Source: an uncultured Gemmatimonadaceae bacterium | Lineage (GTDB): Bacteria; Gemmatimonadota; Gemmatimonadetes; Gemmatimonadales; Gemmatimonadaceae | DNA: 64,000 bases | Direction: 5' to 3' | NCBI GenBank assembly: GCA_963740355.1 | Contig: CAVUDW010000002.1 | Location: 320,001-384,000, forward strand | Shown: positions 59,139-64,000 of the stretch, in pieces | Position numbering within the stretch: position 1 is the stretch's first letter | How the letters are laid out: each line of letters starts with the position of its first letter | Made by a program: the position numbers and the translations under genes | Notes under the pieces: generated by a model | The model's input: the letters and a program-made list of their open reading frames with translations, nothing else | Databases searched by the model: none | What the model was told of the DNA's origin: nothing

Positions 59139-59783
59139 ATGACTTCCGCTGTCGCCGCTCCCGCGCGGGCACGTCCGCGCGGCCCGCGCATCGGTCGTGC
59201 GTTGAAGCCGGTGGTGTTCCTCGCGCTGCTCGCGCCAGCCGTGTGGCTCGCGTACGCACTCGTCACGGGCCAGATCGATGGTGACGTGGTGAAGATCCTC
59301 GAGATCAACACCGGAACGCTGGCGTTGCGCAGCCTCGCCTACACGCTCGCCATCACGCCACTGCGACAGCTCACCGGGTGGGCGTGGCTCGCGACGTACC
59401 GCCGCATGCTGGGCCTGTTCGTGTTCTTCTACGCCACCGTGCACATGGTGGTGTATTTCGGGCTCGATCTCGAACTGCGTTTCGGCGAGATCTGGACCAG
59501 CATCGTGAAACGGCCGTACATCACGATCGGCATGATCAGCTGGTTGATCCTCGTGCCACTCGCGATCACCTCGCCGAATGCGATCGCGAAGAAACTCGGT
59601 GGTGTGAAGTGGAAGCGGTTGCATCAGCTGACGTACGTCGTCGCGATCACCGCCACCACGCACTACCTGTGGGCGGTGAAGAAGGACACCTTCTGGCCGC
59701 TGGTCTACTTCGCGCTCTTCGCCGCGCTCCTTGGTGTGCGCGCAGTGCAGTGGCAGCGGAAGCGGCGCCTGCAGTCGCGCTGA
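59139..59783 (+). CDS. msrQ: Protein-methionine-sulfoxide reductase heme-binding subunit
   Basis: RRMLGL, KRPYITIG, LAITS and WKRLH motifs; adjacent to msrP. Confidence 0.94.
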   Translation: MTSAVAAPARARPRGPRIGRALKPVVFLALLAPAVWLAYALVTGQIDGDVVKILEINTGTLALRSLAYTLAITPLRQLTGWAWLATYRRMLGLFVFFYATVHMVVYFGLDLELRFGEIWTSIVKRPYITIGMISWLILVPLAITSPNAIAKKLGGVKWKRLHQLTYVVAITATTHYLWAVKKDTFWPLVYFALFAALLGVRAVQWQRKRRLQSR

Positions 59784-59901
59784 CTGGCGGCGCCGTTAGT
59801 GCCCCGAACGCGGCTGTGTGCTCGGGGCAGCGGCAGGGTGTGCAAGTTTTTTCAGGTCCCGCCTCTCCCAACGCACCCTCCAACCAATTGGGAGATTTCG
59901 A

Positions 59902-60117
59902 ATGAACATCCGCTCGATGCGCCTCGGCGCCGCCGCACTCGCCACCATCGCCCTCGCTGCCTGCACCAAGCCGGCGGACAAGCCGGCCGTCACCGACAGC
60001 ACGGCGCCGGCCAACGCCACGCCGACCGTCGTCGATTCGGCCGTCAAGGCCGATTCGACGGCCCCGAAGCCAGTCACGGATTCGGCCAAGCCCGCCGTCG
60101 ACAGCGCCAAGAAGTAA
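59902..60117 (+). CDS. Small low-complexity lipoprotein
   Basis: GGAG RBS, LAAC lipobox, repeated DS motifs, downstream hairpin. Confidence 0.75.
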   Translation: MNIRSMRLGAAALATIALAACTKPADKPAVTDSTAPANATPTVVDSAVKADSTAPKPVTDSAKPAVDSAKK

Positions 60118-60148
60118 GGCGACGTACCCGTAGCACTGTTTGTAATTG

Positions 60149-60190
60149 ACGAAGGGAGGCCGTGCGCGCTTGCGGCCTCCCTTCGTTGTG
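60149..60190 (+). terminator. Terminator-like hairpin
   Basis: 14-bp stem ACGAAGGGAGGCCG/CGGCCTCCCTTCGT after the lipoprotein gene. Confidence 0.7.
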
Positions 60191-60297
60191 CTCGTCTGCG
60201 CGTGATCGCGAGTTGCGCGAAACCGCCGCAGCGTCTGGGCGTAGGGCGGGAGGTGCCGTGATCGCGTGCGGCTGACGCCTCACAACCGGCTCCACTC

Positions 60298-61099
60298 ATG
60301 AAGAAGACGATCGCTCGCCCTTCTGTTGCTCACGGCAGCAGTCCCTGTTGTCGCGCAGTCTTCGGCAGCCAATCCCCCAGCTGACACGCCGATCGGCGCC
60401 AGCAAGCGACGCGAAGTGGTCGGGAGTTACGCCCTTCTGCAAGCCGGCCGGAGCGATACGAGTTGGTTTCGCGTCTTCGAGCAGGATGGTCGCGTGCACG
60501 GCCAGATGCGGGACAACTCGCCGACGCTGTTGCTGCATCAGGGCGGGCAGCGGTTCGTCCCTGCCGACGCGCCAGACTACGTCGTGCGATTCACGCCTGT
60601 GCACGGTACGGCAACGATGGCGATCATCGAGGGGCCTGGTGTCACGATGACTGGCCGCCGTGCCACGCGCCCAGCCGCAACCGATCCAAGCATCTCGGGC
60701 CCGCTCTTCGACGAGATGATCCGTGCCGACAGTCTCCTCTTCGAGGCCGCATACGTCACCTGTGACACGGCCTCCATCAACGCCATGCTGACCGATGACA
60801 TCGAGTTCTACCACGACAAGACGGGCTTTCACGTCGGTGACGTGGTGCGCGGCGATTTCGCCCGACTCGCCGCGGATTGTCCGCGCAAGCATGGCGTCAC
60901 GCGTGTGTTGCGACGGGGTACGATGCGGGTGTACCCGATCAAGGATTACGGCGTCGTGCAGATGGGCGAGCACGACTTCCGCGTCAATGGCAAGCCAGGC
61001 AGTGCGGCGCGGTTCGTCAATCTCTGGACCAAGCGTAGCGGCCACTGGCAGGTGAGCCGCGTGTTGAGCTTCGACCACCTGCCGGTGCCCGGACAGTAG
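60298..61099 (+). CDS. Secreted NTF2-like (DUF4440) domain protein; apparent frameshift in the signal peptide
   Basis: DSLLFEA...CD, DDIEFYHDKTG and W..SRVLSFDH motifs; ATG 60298 (MKKTI) is one base out of frame with LALLLLTAAVP. Confidence 0.8.
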
Positions 61100-61140
61100 C
61101 CCATCGCCTGAGAGGGCTCGGCGGGCGCTAGCTTGTGTGG

Positions 61141-62286
61141 GTGTCTACCACCTGGTCTGCCTTCGCGATCACCGCTCCCGGAATCGCCCCCGTCACCGCC
61201 GCCGAGCTGGCCGCGCTCGACATCCCGCACGAACCACCCACACCTGATGGCGTGGCGTTTCAGGCGGATTTTCGGACGATTGCCCTCGCAAACCTCTGGC
61301 TGCGCACTGCCTCGCGCATCATCGTGCGCCTCGGCGAGTTCAAGGCGCAGGGTTTCGCTGACCTGGAGAAGGGCGCGGCGAAGCTGCCATGGGGCAAGGT
61401 GTTGCTTCCCGGCCAGCCGATCGCCGTCCGCGTCACCTGTCGCAAGTCGCGGCTCTACCACTCCGATGCGGTCGCCGAGCGAGTCGCACGACAGATCTCG
61501 AAGCACTTCGGTGTCGATGCTCCTGTCGTTCGCCTGACCGACAGCGACGACGACGATGCGCCGACTGACGAAGCGCAGCGCATCCTCGTTCGTGTGGTGC
61601 ACGACATCTGCACCATCAGCGCCGACACCTCGGGCGAGTTACTGCATCGCCGTGGCTATCGGCAGGCTGTCGCCAAGGCGCCGCTGCGTGAGACCGTCGC
61701 GGCTGCCTGCCTGCTCGCCTGCGACTACGACGGCAGCACGCCCTTCATCGACCCGATGTGCGGTTCGGGCACCTTCCCGATCGAAGCGGCGCTGATCGCA
61801 CGAAAGCAGGCCCCAGGTCGCGCGCGGCCGTTTGCCTTCGAGCATTGGCCCGGCGCTGACCGCGACGTGTTGCCGGGACTTCGTCGCTCGACCAAGGCGG
61901 GCGGTATCGACGTGGTGGATCTGCCACTGGTCGGCAGCGACCGCGATCCAGGTGCGATTCGCATGTCGCGCGAGAATGCCGCGCGTGCGGGTGTCGAGTC
62001 GATGATTCAGTTCGAGCAGGTCACGCTCGATTCACTCGAGCCGCCGGCCGAGTCCGGCCTCTGGTGCAGCAACGCGCCGTACGGGCGTCGGGTCGGGAAC
62101 ACCGATGCACTCACGGGCCTGTTCGTGCAGATCGGCAAGCTGGCGCGTGGTGCGTTCGCCGAGTGGCGCGTGGCGTTGTTGATGGCCGAGCAGAGTCACG
62201 TGAAGGCGCTGCAATCGCCGACCACCGAGATCCTGCATACGCGGGTGGGCGGGATTCAGGTGGGGTTTTACGGGATAGAGGTTTAG
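61141..62286 (+). CDS. THUMP-domain RNA methyltransferase (RlmL-like)
   Basis: ANLWLRTASR, LHRRGYR, APLRETVAAA, DPMCGSGT and NAPYG motifs. Confidence 0.9.
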   Translation: MSTTWSAFAITAPGIAPVTAAELAALDIPHEPPTPDGVAFQADFRTIALANLWLRTASRIIVRLGEFKAQGFADLEKGAAKLPWGKVLLPGQPIAVRVTCRKSRLYHSDAVAERVARQISKHFGVDAPVVRLTDSDDDDAPTDEAQRILVRVVHDICTISADTSGELLHRRGYRQAVAKAPLRETVAAACLLACDYDGSTPFIDPMCGSGTFPIEAALIARKQAPGRARPFAFEHWPGADRDVLPGLRRSTKAGGIDVVDLPLVGSDRDPGAIRMSRENAARAGVESMIQFEQVTLDSLEPPAESGLWCSNAPYGRRVGNTDALTGLFVQIGKLARGAFAEWRVALLMAEQSHVKALQSPTTEILHTRVGGIQVGFYGIEV

Positions 62287-62556
62287 CAGAGACTGACATA
62301 CCACGCGCGGAATGTGAGGTCGCCGTCGAGCGCCTCGGTTGCCTCACTACGGCAGCCACAATGCGAGCGCGGGCACTCTGCAAGCAGCGTGTGCCAGCCC
62401 CTCGTGTGGTTTGAGTCGTCGACAAAGCACACGGGATGCATTGCAACTATTGCCGCATCCACAACGATGCTATCGTTAGCTTGAGTCCTCGAGAGCAGTC
62501 GCTGACACGACTGCGAAAAATGCGCCAGTCCGAATCTCCTTTTGTGATTGATTAAA

Positions 62557-63372
62557 ATGGCAGCAATCGAGTCACCGCCTCCCCCCCCTGTGGGCGCAAG
62601 AACGGATCCGGCCTTTTGGGATGCGCAATGGGATGATCGTGACAGTCGCGCATTAGCGCATCGTCTTTTCCACGCGCGCGACTTCGGTGCCGGTGGATCG
62701 TTCCTTCGGATGATGGATCGGCACGTCGGCCTCGGCCAGCTCCATAACGCCAAGGTTGTCGAACTTGGCGGCGCCGCATCAAAGTTTCTGGTCGATCTGG
62801 CGCTGCATGCTGGTGCTCGTGTGACAGCCGTTGACTACTCCGAGACCGGCGTGCGTCAAACGGAGCAGCTGTTTCGTGCCCGTGGGGTCGATGGTGAAGC
62901 AGTGATGGCTGACATGTTCAACTGGCATGGTCGCGACAATGAATTCGATGTCGCTGTCCATTGGGGACTGCTTGAACACTTCGAGAGTCCTGACGCCGTG
63001 CTCAGTGTAACGGCGTCCGTCTTGAAGCCGGGTGGCGTCGCAGTGTTCTCCATGCCAAATCTCGAGGCGTACGGCGCGAGGATCTGGAAGTACGTATCGC
63101 CAGACAATTTCTCCAAGCACATCTTCCATACGGATGCAGACGTCGCTCGAGCCTGCGCCGCGGCTGGCCTCGAGCTCACCAGCACGTTCCACTGCGGTCT
63201 GCCGCTGATTCGCATGGCGCCAGCAGAGCACCGCGGAATTGTCTCGGTCGGCGCCGACGTCGTGCATGCAGCTGCGTGCCTGCTTGGCACGCTTCGGCCT
63301 GGTCTTTTCACTGGCGGGCTGCGCCACATCTCGAATACACGCGGGTTCGTCGCCAGAAAGACAGCGACCTGA
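62557..63372 (+). CDS. Class I SAM-dependent methyltransferase
   Basis: VVELGG, AVDYS, GLLEHF and LKPGG motifs. Confidence 0.85.
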   Translation: MAAIESPPPPPVGARTDPAFWDAQWDDRDSRALAHRLFHARDFGAGGSFLRMMDRHVGLGQLHNAKVVELGGAASKFLVDLALHAGARVTAVDYSETGVRQTEQLFRARGVDGEAVMADMFNWHGRDNEFDVAVHWGLLEHFESPDAVLSVTASVLKPGGVAVFSMPNLEAYGARIWKYVSPDNFSKHIFHTDADVARACAAAGLELTSTFHCGLPLIRMAPAEHRGIVSVGADVVHAAACLLGTLRPGLFTGGLRHISNTRGFVARKTAT

Positions 63373-63415
63373 GCTGCGAGCGCGAACGCAAATCGACAAC
63401 GGCGATGCGGCCGCG

Positions 63416-64000
63416 CTATTCCCGCGCGATGCTGTCCAGTTCCGCGAACCAGTTGAACACCACTCGCAGTTGCCGCCCCGTCGTCGGATCCGCCTTCACC
63501 ATGATGAACGTCCCGTCAGGACTCACCGCCCAATTCGCCGACTGACTGAAGTCGAACGGACCGCTGAAGAGGAGCTGCGGTGATCGCAGCGCGGCAAAGT
63601 CCGGGCGCGTGCGAACTGCGACGCTCATGAGACGCGTGCCAGCGCGATAAAAAAGTTCTTTGCCATCGGCAGACCACTGTGGCTCGACGCCGCCACGGGA
63701 CGAGATGAGGACCGCCGCTCCATTGCCGACATACGGCAGCACATAGACCTCGTTCGCGCCAGACACGTCGGAGGTGTAGGCGAGCCATCGGCCATCCGGC
63801 GAGAGGGCCGGATCCCGGTCATCGCCGGGGGATTGAACGAGGGGTGTCGTCGTGCTGTCTCCAACTCGGCTGCGTGCGATGTCACCGCCGATCTGGTCCG
63901 GACGGTCGTTGATCAGCGTGCCGATGAATTCATCGGTGCGAGTCCAGGTCTTGGCGGCAAAGTCGAGCCACGGTTTCGCCGCAATCGGCCTGAACGCGAG
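63416..64000 (-). CDS. C-terminus of a TolB-like/PD40 beta-propeller protein, typical of kinase fusions (partial)
   Basis: PALSPDGRWLAY, PQWSADGKELFY and VVFNWF.EL motifs; frame open to the window edge. Confidence 0.85.
   Translation of the reverse strand, partial: LAFRPIAAKPWLDFAAKTWTRTDEFIGTLINDRPDQIGGDIARSRVGDSTTTPLVQSPGDDRDPALSPDGRWLAYTSDVSGANEVYVLPYVGNGAAVLISSRGGVEPQWSADGKELFYRAGTRLMSVAVRTRPDFAALRSPQLLFSGPFDFSQSANWAVSPDGTFIMVKADPTTGRQLRVVFNWFAELDSIARE

Noticed and set aside
1..64000. tRNA, rRNA, prophage or defence genes
   Set aside because: None recognised by eye; tRNAscan-SE and DefenseFinder were not run.

Overview
GC-rich bacterial chromosome segment. The gene content (Ser/Thr kinases, a VPS10/BNR protein, an Oar-type TonB receptor, a MacB-like permease) suggests Gemmatimonadota; this is an inference. 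The left edge holds the 5' end of an IS110-family recombinase whose upstream non-coding end folds into a two-loop bridge-RNA-like structure. Its loops match a dispersed intergenic repeat, and the element has inserted into that repeat. A complete IS3-family element (26-bp IRs, 4-bp TSD, A8 frameshift site) sits in the same repeat. The repeat has an interleaved A-B-core-A'-B' architecture, with a second intact copy at ~49.3 kb. Also present: an aerobic 2-aminobenzoyl-CoA (abm-like) operon, a DeoR/MFS pair with a palindromic operator, peptidases, msrPQ, and a ~17-kb neighbourhood that may encode an uncharacterised lipid or metabolite pathway (Tes/MJ0619-like radical SAM enzyme, DUF547, flavin disulfide reductase, TVP38, PlsC, CDGSH, SufE, GT1, TonB receptor, YnjBCD-like ABC importer, YnjF-like CDP-alcohol transferase). 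Two genes show single-base frameshifts near their 5' ends. No rRNA, tRNA or CRISPR array was recognised.
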